Shown: positions 22,817 through 34,700 of the stretch, piece after piece | Numbering within the stretch: position 1 is the stretch's first letter | Layout of the letters: each line of letters starts with the position of its first letter | Source of the DNA: Pristiophorus japonicus | Taxonomy: Eukaryota | Reading direction: 5' to 3' | DNA: 64,000 nucleotides | Assembly (NCBI RefSeq): GCF_044704955.1 | Contig: NC_091984.1 | Coordinates: 147,808,001-147,872,000 of the forward strand | Position numbers and translations under genes: made by a program | The notes under the pieces: model-generated | Databases searched by the model: none | Seen by the model: only the letters and a program-made list of their open reading frames with translations | Told to the model about the DNA's origin: nothing

Positions 22817-25800
22817 AACATAAAAACATAGAAAATAGGAGCAGTAGTAGGCCATTCAGCCCTTCGAGTCTGCACCGCCATTCAATATAATCATGGCTGT
22901 TCCTCTATCTCAACACCATATTCCCGCTTTTTCCCCATACCCCTTGATGCCTTTTTGTTTCTAGAAATCCATCTATCTGCCTCTTAAATATATTCAGTGA
23001 CTTGGCCTCCACAGCCTTCTGTGGTAGAGAATTCCACAGGTTCACCACCCTCTGAGTGAAAACATTTCTCCTCATCTCATTTGTAAATTTCATACCTCGT
23101 ATCCTGAGACTGTGACTCCTTGTTCTCGACTTCCCAGCCTGGGAAAATTTCCTCCCCACATCCAGTCTGTCCAAACCAGTCAGAATTTTATACGTTTCAA
23201 TGAGATCATCTCTCACTCTTCTAAACTCTAGTGTATACAGGCCTAATCGACCCAATCTCTCGTCATACGACAGTCCTGTCCATCCCAGGAATCAATCTGG
23301 TGAACCTTCGCTGCACTCCGTCTATGGCAAGTATATCCTTTCTTAGGTAAGTAGACCAAAACTGTACACAATACTCCAGGTGCGGTATCACCAAGGCCCT
23401 GTCGTAAGACATCCTTGCTCCTGTGCTCAAAATCCTCTTGCAATGAAGGCCAACATACTATTTGCCTTCTTAACTGCTTGCTGCACCTGTATGTTTGCTT
23501 TCACTGACTGGTGTACAAGGACGCCTAGGTCCCTCTGTCCATCGACACTTCCCAAGCTATCACCATTTAAATAATACTTTGTCCTTATGTTTTTCCTACC
23601 AAAGTGAGTAACTTCACATTTATCCACAATATGTTACATCTGCCATGTGTTTGCTCACTCACTCAACCTATCTAAATTGCCTTGCAGTGTCTTTGCATCC
23701 TCCTCACAACTCACAATCCCACCTAATTTTGTGTCGTCAGCAGACTTGGAAATATAACATTTGGTTCCCTCATCCAAATCATTTATATATATTATATATA
23801 TATATATTGTAATAGCTGGGGCCCAAGCACTGATCCCTGTGGTACCCCACTCGTCACTGCCCGCCACCCTGAAACACACCCATTTATTCCGACTGTTTCC
23901 TGTCAGTTAACCAATTTTCAATCCATGCCAATACATTACCCCCAATCCTATGTGCTTTAATTTTGCACACTAACCTCTTATGTGGGATTTTTATCAAAGG
24001 GCTTCTGAAAATCCAAATACATTACATCCATTGGTTATCCCTTATCTATTCTGTCAGTTGCATCCTCCAAAAACTCCAGTAGATTTGTCAAACGTGAATT
24101 TCCTTTCATAAATCCATGTTGACTTTGTTTAATCCCGTTGATATTATCTAAGTGTGCCGTTATCACATCCTTTATAATAGACTCTAGCATTTTCCCTACT
24201 ACTGATGTCAGGATAACCGGTCTGTAATTCCCCGTTTTCTCTCTCCCTCCTTTTTTTAAATAGTGGGGTTACATTTGCCACCCTACAATCTGCAGGAACT
24301 GTTCCATAATCTATAGAATTTTGAAAGATGACAACCAATGCATCTACTATTTCCATGGCTACCTCTTTTTTAGTATTCTGGGATGCAGATCATCAGGCCC
24401 TGGGGATTTATCGGCCTTCAGTCCCATTAGTTTCTCCAGCTCTATTTTGTTATGAACAATCGTTTCCTTTAATTCCTCTTGCTCACTAGACCTTAGGTTC
24501 CCGAGCATTTCTTGGACGTTATTTGTGTCCTCTTCCATGAAGAGGTCATTCAACCCATTGCCATGTGTGGGAGCTTGCTGTGCACAAATTGGTTGCCGTG
24601 TTTCCCACATTACAACAGTGACTACACTTAAAAATGTACTTCATTGGCTGTGAAGCACTTTGGGATCTCCTCAGGTGTGAAAGGTGCTATATAATTGCAG
24701 GTCTTTCTTTAATTTGGCTTTTCTTTTTATTATCTGGGACTCGCACAAATCCCCTGCTGATTAAACCTGGACCCAGCAGAAAATCCCCAGAACACGGACT
24801 AATGTTCCATAAGAAGATTAGGAGCAGGAGGAGGCCATTCGGCCCCTCGAGCCTCCTCCGCCATTCAATAAGATCATGGCTGATCATTCCCTCAGTACCC
24901 CTTTCCTGCTTTCTCTCCATACCCCTTGATCCCCTTAGCCGTAAGGGCCATATCTAACTCCCTCTTGAATATATCTAATGAACTGGCATCAACAAATCTC
25001 TGCGGCAGGGAATTCCACAGGTTAACAACTCTCTGAGTGAAGAAGTTTCTCCTCAGTGCGGTCCTAAATGGCCTACCCCTTATCCTAAGACTGTGTCCCC
25101 TTGTTCTGGACTTCCCCAACATCAGGAACATTCTTCCTGCATCTATCCTGTCCAGTACCGTCAGAATTTAACATTTTTTGTGAGATTCCCTCTCATCCTT
25201 CTAAACTCCAGTGAATAAAAGCCCAGTTGATCCAGTCTCTCCTCATATGACAGCCCAGCCATCCCTTGAATCAGTCTGGTGAACCTTCGCTGCACTCTGT
25301 CAATAGCAAGAACATCCTTCCTCAGACTAGGAGACCAAGACTGAACACAATATTCCAGGTGAGGTCTCACTAAGGCCCTGTACAGCTGCATTAAGACCTC
25401 TCTGCTTCTATATTCAAATCCCCAAGCTATGAAGGCCAACATACCACTTGCCTTCTTTACCGCTTGCTTTACCCGCATGCTGACTTTCAGTGACTGATGA
25501 ACCATGACACCCAGGTCTCATTGCAACTCACCTTTTCCTAGTTTGCTGCCATTCAGATAATATTCCGACTTCGTGTTTTTGCCTCCAAATTGGATAACCT
25601 CACATTTATCCACATTATACTGCATCTGCCATGTATTTGCCCACTCACCTAACCTGTCCAAGTCACCCTGCTGCCTTTTAGCGTCCTCCTCACAGCTCAC
25701 ACCGCCACCCAGTTTAGTGTCATCCACAAACTTGGAGATATTACACTCTATTCCTTCATCTAATTCATTAATGTACATTGTAAAGAGCTGGGGTCCCAGC

Positions 25801-26522
25801 ACTGAGCCCTGCGGCACTCCACTAGTCACTGCCTGCCATTCTGAAAAGGACCCGTTTATCCTGACTCCCTGCTTCCTGTCTGCCAACCAGTTCCCTATCC
25901 ACGTCAGTATATTACCCCCAATACCATGTGCTTTGATTTTGCACACCAATCCCTTGTGTGGGACCTTGTCAAAAGACTTTTGAAAGTCCAAATACACCAC
26001 ATCCACTGGTTCTCCCTTGTCCACTCTGCTAGTTACATCCTTGAAAAATTCCAGAAGATTCGTCAAGCATGATTTCCCTTTCATAAATCCATGCTGACTT
26101 GGTCTGATCCTGTCACTGCTTTCCAAATGCGCTGCGATTTGATCCTTAATGATTGATTCCAACATTTTCCCCACTACTGATGTAGGGCTAATGGGTCTAT
26201 AATTACTCATTTTCTCTTTCCCTCCTTTTTAAAAAAAGTGGTGTTACATTAGCTACCCTCCAGTCCATAGGAACTGATCCAGAGTCGATAGACTGTTGGA
26301 AAATGATCACCAATGCATCCACTATTTCTAGGGCCACTTCCTTGAGTACTCTGGGATGCAGACTATCAGGCCCCTGGAATTTATCGGCCTTCAATCCCAT
26401 CAATTTCCCTAATACAATTTCCCACCTAATAAGGATATCCTTCAGTTCCTCCTTCACACTAGACCCAGTGTCTCCTAGTAACTTCGGAAGGTTATTTGTA
26501 TATTCCTTCATGAAGACAGAAC
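22817..26522 (-). mobile_element. Two 5'-truncated CR1 LINEs (~22817-24545, ~24808-26522) with a DeuSINE tail between
   Basis: RT ORFs 25518..26210 and 23655..23879; two CR1 3' tails. Confidence 0.9.
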
Positions 26523-26732
26523 CGCGGAGGGGAGGGTTCTCAGGGGACCAGGGTGGGGGGTGGCGGTCGCTGAGTGGGCTCGGGGACCAGGGCACCAGCC
26601 AGTTTCCACTCTGCACACACTCTGCTCCCTCTGTGTCTCAGTCCAGTGTTGCAGTGAGGAGTTTAGGATCTGAGGCTCAGGCTGGTTCTCCGGCACCAAC
26701 AGCGCCCTGTTGGGTAAGGGTATTAAAGGTTA

Positions 26733-29390
26733 AGAACATAAGAAATAGGAGCAGTAGTAGGCCACCTGAGCCCTCGAGTCTGCTCCGCCATTTAATAAGA
26801 TCATGGCTGATCTGATCTTGGACACAGCTCCACTTCCCTGCCCGCTTCCCATAACCCTTTATTCCCTTATCGCTCAAAAATCTGTCTATCTCCACCTTAA
26901 ATATAATCAATGACCCAGCCTACACAGCTCTCTAGGGCAGAGATTTCCACAGATTTACAAGCCTCTGAGAGAAGAAATTCCTCCTCAACTCAGTTTTAAA
27001 TGGACGGCCCCTTATTCTGAGACTATGATCCCTAGTACTAGTTTCCCCTATGTGTGTAAATATCCTCACTGCATCCAACTTGTCGCCCCCTCATTATCTT
27101 ATATGTTTCGATAAAATCACCTCTCATTCTTCTGAACTCCAATGGTTATAGGCCTAACCTACTCAACCTATCCTCATAAGTCAATCCTCTCATCTTCAGA
27201 ATCAATGCAGTGAAACTTCTCTGAACTGCTGCCAATGCAAGTATATCCTTTCTGAAGTATGGATACCAAAACTGTACACAGTACTCCAGGTGTGGCCTCA
27301 CCAATACCCTGTATAGATGCAGCAGGATTTCTCTGCTTTTATACTCTATCCCCCTTGCAATTAAAGCCAACATTTCATTTGCCTTCCTGATTATTGCTGT
27401 AACCGCATACTAACTTTTTGTGTTTCATGCACAAGGTCCCCTTTGCAATTTTTCTCCATTTGAAAATTAATTTGCTTTCCTCTTCATTCTGCCAAAGTGG
27501 AAAACCTCACATTTTCCCACATTACACTCCATCTGCCAAATTTGTGCCCATTCACTTAGCTGGTCTATATCCCTTTGCAGACTATTTGTGTCCTCCTCAC
27601 AATTTGCTTTGCCACCCATCTTTGTCTTATAGGGTGATTATTTTTCATTCTACTCTGATACTTAGAAATTGACTGAAGACATACAATCGCCCTTCCTGGC
27701 TGTATCTATTGTAGGTTTGTGGTCGTTGGTTCTGTGACCAGTTGATCTTCTTTTGGCCATTCTCTGCAGTGTTGTTCCCTCCATGTACGTTCCGTACTAC
27801 ATGTCCTTCTGTCCATTCATCTGTTGTTCTTTCGACCTGTGTCCATCTGTACATGTGTCCTTCTATTTCTTCTGTGTGCTTCTTCTTCCATCTGTTCCTG
27901 TCCTTCTTCCGTATTCTGCAGAGCTGCTTCTAGCTCGCATATTTATATCCAGGTTATGACTGATCTCCCGTCACTGCGGTTTCTGATAAAGTGTTTGCAT
28001 CGATACACTGTTTTGTGGTCCCCTTGGTTGATTGACTGCAATAATGGACTCATCTGTTTTCCCATTTGCACACTGAGTCTGTAAGGCTCAAGTTGATTTC
28101 TCATCTTCACACCTCATCACAAAAGATGTGCACCTAATGTGGTTCCTTTGTTGTTTGGTCTTTTTACAGACTTGGTGTCTCCAGTGAGCTTGTTTTCCCC
28201 ACCCTGGTCAATCAAGTTCAGGGCCTCATGTAACAATTCCTTTCTTGTTATGCATGGAGTCAGTTTTGTTCCCTGACCAAGAATGCCCTTAATTGTCCAG
28301 GCTTAATTCCAAAAGCTTGTATTAATCTTTAGTTCATGGTCTCCTTCTGTGCTTTTCTGAAGATTAGTAAGCTTACACTCCCTCCTTTAATGTTTCGCTG
28401 ATATGAAACTAGAGACATTACTTGTGGAGTTATTTTTCCATGAGCTCTATTTGGGTGTATTACAGTCTCAGTCAAAAACTTCAGATTACATTCCTGTTTT
28501 ACATCAAAAAACAGTACTTTTTCCTGACAAACCAACACTTGTACAACAAAAATGTTCGGCCTTGATCTGACTTCAGTTTTATATACAAACACTTTGGCTT
28601 TGGTTCATCTAAACAACCCTTCAACATTCCCTTCCTTTGTATTCTGTTTTAACTTACAGGATAAGATAAATAGTTACACCAAAGAACCAACAATACAATG
28701 GCTAGTGCATGAGACACAATTAGAACCCAGGAGAGAATCTGAATATTGAATCCCAAATCCCATTTTGGAACAGCCATTATTTCCTCAATTTCCTCCCTTA
28801 CTTTTTCATTTGTTTGGTGTAATGTGTAATAGTCTTTGTTGGATAGCTCAATGTCCTTCTTTGCATCATCAGCAAATTTGACGACATTACACTCGGTCCC
28901 TTCATCTAAGTCATTAATGTAGATTGTAAATAATTGAGGCCCCAGCACCGATCCCTGCGGCACCCCATTAGTTACCGTTTGCCAATGGGAAAGTGAACCA
29001 TTTATCCTGACTCTCTGTTTTTTGTTAGTTAGCAATCTTCTATCCATGCTAATATATTACCCCCAACCCCGTGAACTTTTATCTTGTGCTTTTTATGTGG
29101 CACCTTATCGAATGCCTTCTGGAAATCCAAATACACCACATCTACTGGTTCCCCTTTATCCACCCTGCTCGTTACATCCTCAAAGAATTCCAGCAAATTT
29201 GTCAAACGTGATTTCCCTTTCATAAAACTGTGCTGACTCTGCTTGATTGAACTATGCTTTTCCAAATGTCCTGCTACTGCTTCCTTAATAATGGACTCCA
29301 GCATTTTCCCAACCACAGATGTTAGGCGAACTGGTCTATAGATTCCTGCTTTCTGTCTGCCTCATTTTTTAAATAGGGGCGTTGCATTTG
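26733..29390 (-). mobile_element. CR1 LINE split by a retroviral remnant
   Basis: CR1 is contiguous across 27622/28858 (CCACCCATCTT|TGCATCATCAGCAAAT). Confidence 0.88.
27623..28857 (-). mobile_element. Second ERV/LTR-element remnant: env-like C-terminus, PPT and complete ~755-bp LTR
   Basis: On the - strand: heptad plus TM peptide ([53 protein letters not shown]); PPT AAAGGAGGGAG (28388-28378) directly followed by TGTAAG; TATAAA (27947-27942); terminal ...TAAGACA at 27623. TCTT flanks both sides (27619-27622, 28858-28861). Confidence 0.75.
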
Positions 29391-30079
29391 CTGTGCGTGC
29401 TTTGGAGAGGGCGTTAAAAGGAGCGGTGACATCCAGAATACCAGATTTTGCCTCAATTCAACAACAACTTGTATTTATATAGCGCCTTTAACGTAGTGAA
29501 ACGTCCCAAGGCACTTCCCAGGAGTATTATGAGATACAAATTTGATACCGAGTCACATAAGAAGAAATTAGTGTAGGTGACCCAAGAGGTATGTTGTAAG
29601 GAGCGTCTTGAAGGTGGAAAGAGAGGTCGAGAGACGGAGAGGTTTAGGGAGGGATTCCAGAGCTTGGGGTCTCGGCAACAGAAGGCACGGCCACCAATGG
29701 TTGAGCGATTATACTCAGGAGGGCAGAATTGGAGGAGCGCAGACATCTCGGGGGGTTGTGGGGCTGGAGGTGATTATAGTGATAGGGAGGGGCGAGGCCA
29801 TGGAGGGATTTGAAAACAAGGATGATAATTTTTTAAAAAGAGGCGCTGCTTAATAGGCAGCCGATATCAGTCTCTACTTCCCCGCCCGCCTCCCCTCACC
29901 GAGCCATTCTCACCACCCCCCACCTCCAGCCGCTCCCCTGCCTTCCTCCCTCACTTCCGCCCTCCTCACACCACATCCCTCACCCTCCCTCCCCCCATCC
30001 CAACTCACCCCTCACTCCCTCCCAAACTCCCGACCTCACATGCCCCTCCCCCCTTCCATCCCCTCTGCCCCTCCCGAAC

Positions 30080-31330
30080 CGGAGTAGACCATTCGGTCCC
30101 GAGAGCCTGCTCCGCCATTCAATGAGATCATGGCTGATCATCTACCGCAACTCAACTTTCCTGCACTGTCCCCATATCCCTTGATTCTCTTTGTATCCAA
30201 AAATCTATCGATCTCCGTCTTGAATATACTCAAAGACCGAGCCTCCACAGCCCTCTGGGGCAGAGAATTACAGAGATTCAACACCCTCTGAGTGAAGAGG
30301 TTTCTCCTCATCTCAGACCTAAATAGCCGACCTCTTATTCTGAGCCTGTGACACCTGGTTATAGACTCCCCAGCCAGAGGAAACATGCTCCCTGCATCTA
30401 CCCTGTCAAGCCCTGTCAGAATCTTATATGTTTCAATGAGATCCCCTCTCATTCTTCTAAACTCTGGAGAGTATAGGCCTTGGAACTTGCGAAACCAAGG
30501 CGGGTAGATGGAGTTCAGATACAGATGAGCCATGATCTGATTGAATGGGGAACAGGCTCGAGGGGCTGAATGGCCTCCTCCTGTTCATTGTGTCCAGCAG
30601 CAGCTGTGTACCTCTCCGCAACCTCAACTTGACTTTTATCAGTCGCATCAGAGCCTTGATTCCCTCACCAGGGGGCTAGTGTTTCCAGATCAATGTCCAG
30701 CTGATCGATGCCATGAGTCAGACTCAGTGAGTGCTGTCAGTGGATGGAAAGGCTGCTCTAACTGCAGTCTTGTTCTAATGCATTTGGGGAGGGGCAACAA
30801 GGCAAGGGAATGCACAATAAATGGGAGGGTACTGAGAGGGGTGGAGGAACGGAGGGACTTTGGAGTGCATGTCCACAGATCCCTGAAGGTAGCAGGCCAG
30901 GTCGATAAGGTGGTTAAAAAGTCATTCACAATACTTGCCTTTATTAGCCGAGGCCTAGAATAGAAGAGCAGGGAGGTTCTGCTTGAACTGTACAAAACAC
31001 TAGTTAGGCCACAGCTAGAGTACTGCGTGCAGTTCTGGTCACCACATTACAGGAAAGATGTGATTACACGAGAGAGGGTACAGAGGAGATTCACGAGGAT
31101 GTTGCCGGGACTGGAGAATTTTAGCTATGAGGAAAGATTGTATCTGCTGGGGGTGTTTTCTCACCACATTTTAAAAAGTACTTGGATGTGCACTTGAAGT
31201 GCAATAACCCACAGGGCTACGGACCCAGAGGTGGAAAGTGGGATTAGGCTGGGTAGCTCTTTGTTGGCCGGCGCAGACACGATGGGCCGAAATGGCCTCC
31301 TTCCGTGCTATAATTTTCTGTGATTCCATG
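30080..31330. mobile_element. CR1 3' fragments (- ~30080-30480; + ~30778-31330)
   Basis: CR1 C-terminal peptides and tails. Confidence 0.8.
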
Positions 31331-31435
31331 ATTGTGCTGGTGGTGTTAACCACTTTAAAAGTCACAGCATACATTTTATTAAAACTATTCCCATCCCCGG
31401 TTTCTCCGCTGCCAATAGTTGGATCAATTGATGCT

Positions 31436-31454
31436 GTAGTGCCCCCTTGTGGTA
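31436..31454 (-). promoter_or_regulatory. Candidate CTCF site (intronic copy)
   Basis: rc TACCACAAGGGGGCACTAC closely matches the CTCF core CCAC/GxAGGGGGCG/AC. Confidence 0.6.
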
Positions 31455-31764
31455 TATCTATATGGGCTCCACCGAAACCCCTGCTTTCAACCCTTGAACC
31501 CACATTGCCTACGCTAGCTGGAACCCCGCTCCTTAATCACAGCATCTCACAGCACAGAGGGAGGCCATTCAGCCCATCAAACCCATGCTGGCTCTTTGAA
31601 AGCTATGGACTACTATGGCCTGGACTAATGATCCAGAGACACGAGTTCAAATCCCACCACGGCAGCTGGGGAATTTAATTCAGTTAATTAAATAAATCTG
31701 GAATAAAAAGCTAGTGTCAGTAATGGTGACCACGAAACTGCCGGATTGTTGTAAACACCCATCT

Positions 31765-34700
31765 ACCTGGCCTGCTACCTTCAGGGATATGTGCACATGC
31801 ATACCCAGGTCCCTTTGTTCCTCAAAAATCCTCAGTGTCCTACAATTTAATCTGTATTGCCTTGCCTTGTTATCCTTCCCCAAAAGCATTACCTCAGACT
31901 TCTCTGGATTAAATCCCATTTGCCACTGTTCTGCCCACCTGACAATTTCATTGTTATCTTCTAGCAGTCTCCAGCTTTCTTCTTCATTATCAACAACACA
32001 GTCAATTTTAGAATCGTCTGCAAACTTCTTCATCATACCCCCTACATTCAAGTATAAATCATTGATATATACCACAAAAAGCAAGGGACCTAGTACTGAG
32101 CCCTGCAGAACCCCAATGGAAACAGCCTTCCAGTCACAAAAACACCCATCAACCATTACCCTTTGCTTCCTGCCTCTGAGCCAACTTTGGATCCAACTTA
32201 CCACTTTGCCCTGGATCCCATGGACTTTTACTTTCGTGACCAGTCTGCCATGTGAGACCTTATCAAATGTCTTGCTAAAATCCATATACAGTACATCAAA
32301 CGTGCTAACCTCATCGACCCTCCTTATTTCTTCCTCCATTAATTCAATTAAGTTAGCCAGACATGATCTTCCCTCAACAAATCCATGCTGACTGTCCTTG
32401 ATTAACCCGTCTATCTAAATGAAGATTTATCCTGTCTCTCAGGACTTTTTCTAATAATTTTCCCACCAGCGGGGTTCGGCTGACTGGCCTGCAATGTACG
32501 TAGTTAATGTAACACCACTTTTTAAAAAGGGAGGGAGAGATGAAAACGGGTAATTATAGACCAGTTAGACTGACATCAGTAGTGGGGAAAATGTTGGAAT
32601 CATTTATTAAGGATGAAATAACAGCGCATTTGGAAAGCAGTGACAGGATCGGTCCAAGTCAGCATGGATTTGTGAAAGGGAAATCATGCTTGACAAATCT
32701 TCTGGAATATTTTTAGGATGTAACTATTAGAGTGGACAAGGGAGAACCAGTGGATGTGGTGTATTTGGACTTTCAAAAGGCTTTTGACAAGGTCCCGCAC
32801 AAGAGATTGTTGTGCAAAATCAAAGCACATGGTATTGGCGGTAATGTGCTGATGTGGATAGAGAACTGGTTGGCAGACAGGAAGCATAGAGTTGGGATAA
32901 ATGGGTCCTTTTCAGAATGGCAGACAGTGACTAGTGGAGTGCCGCAGGGCTCAGTGCTGGGACGCCAGCTCTTTACAATATACATTAATGATTTAGATGA
33001 AGGTATTGAGTGTAATATCTCCAAGTTTGTAGATGATACTAAACTGGGTAGCGGTGTGAGCTGTGAGGAGGACGCTAAGAGGCAGCAGGGTGATTTGGAT
33101 AGGTTCGGTGAGTGGGCAAATGCATGGCAGATGCAGTATAATGTGGATAAATGTGAGGTTATCCAATTTGGGGGCAAAAACACAAAGGCAGAATATTATC
33201 TCAATGGTGACAGATGAGGAAAAGGGGAGTTGCAACGAGACCTGGCTGTCATGGTTCATCAGTCATTGAAAGTTGGCATGTAGGTACAGCAGGCAGTGAA
33301 GAAAGCCATTGGTATGTTGGCCTTCATAGCTAGGGGGTTTGAGTATAGGAGCAGGGAGGTCTTACTGCAGTTGTACAGGCCTCAGCTGGAATATTGTGTT
33401 CAGTTTTGGTCTCCTAATCTGAGGAAGGATGTCCTTTCTATTGAGGGAGTGCAGCGAAGGTTCACCAGACTGATTCCCGGGATGGCTGGACTGCCATATG
33501 AGGAGATACTGGATCAACTAGGTCTTTATACACTGGAATTTATAAGGATGAGAGGGGATCTCATAGAAACATATAAGATTCTGACGGGACTGGACAAGTT
33601 AGATGCGGGAAGAATGTTCCCGATGTTGGGAAGTCTAGAAGCAGGGGACATAGTCTGAGGATAAGAGGTGAGCCATTTTGCACTGAGATGAGGAGAATCT
33701 TCTTCACTCAGAGATTTGTTAACCTGTGGAATTCCCTGCCGCAGGGAGTTGTTGATGTCAGTTCATGGATATGTTCAAAGGGAGTTAGATTTGGTCCTTA
33801 CGGCTAAAGGGATCAAGGGGTATGGAGAGAAAGCAGGAAAGGGGTACTGAGGGAATGATTCGTTATAATCTTATTGAATGGCGGTGCAGGCTCGAAGGGC
33901 CGAATGGCCTGCTCCTGCACATATTTTCTGTGTTTCTATTTTTCTTTGTAATTAACTGGTCTATCCCTTTCTCCCTTTTTAAAAAAAGGTACAACATTAG
34001 CTATCCTCCAGTCCTCTGGCACCACACCTGTATCCCGAGAATTGGAAAATGATGGTCAGAGCCTCTGGTATTTCCTTTTTGCTTCTCTTAATAGCCTGGG
34101 ATACATTTCATCCAGGCCTGGGGATTTATCCACTTTCAAATCTCGGAAACCCCTTAATACTTCCACTCTCACTATCTTTACTTCATCTAATATTTCACAC
34201 TTCTCTTCCCTGATTGCAATATCTGCATCGACCCTCTCTTTTGTGAAAACAGACGCAAAGTATTCATTAAGAACCATACCGACATCTTACATCTCCACAC
34301 ACAGATTACCTTTATGGTCTTTAATAGGCACTACTCTTTCTGTAATTATCCTCTTGCTCTTAATGTATTTATAAAACATCTTTGGGTTTTCCTTGATTTT
34401 ACTTGCCAAGATGTTTTCATGCTCTCTCTTTGCTTTCCTAATTTCCTTTTTAATTGCACCCCTGCACTTTCTATACTCCTCTAAAGTTCCTGCAGTATTG
34501 AGCCCTCGGTATCTGTCATAAGCCTCCCTTTTTTACTTTATCCTACACTGTATTTCCCTTGACATTCAGGGCCACTAGATTTGTTAGTCCCACCCTTTTT
34601 CTTTAAGGGAACAGACTTACTCTGAACCCACAGGATTTCCCCCTTGAATGCCTCCCACTGCTCTGACACTGATTTACCTTCAAGTAGCCGTTTCCAGTCC

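Noticed and set aside
26696-26713. CTCF site (CAGCGCCCTGTTGG)
   Set aside because: The core is two bases short of consensus spacing; kept only as a hairpin.
28649-29047. RT-transmembrane fusion protein
   Set aside because: Chance in-frame junction between a CR1 fragment and the env-like remnant.
31714-32391. Long + strand ORFs such as 31714..32391, 5246..5656 and 25573..25983
   Set aside because: Antisense shadows of CR1 ORF2, repeated in every copy.
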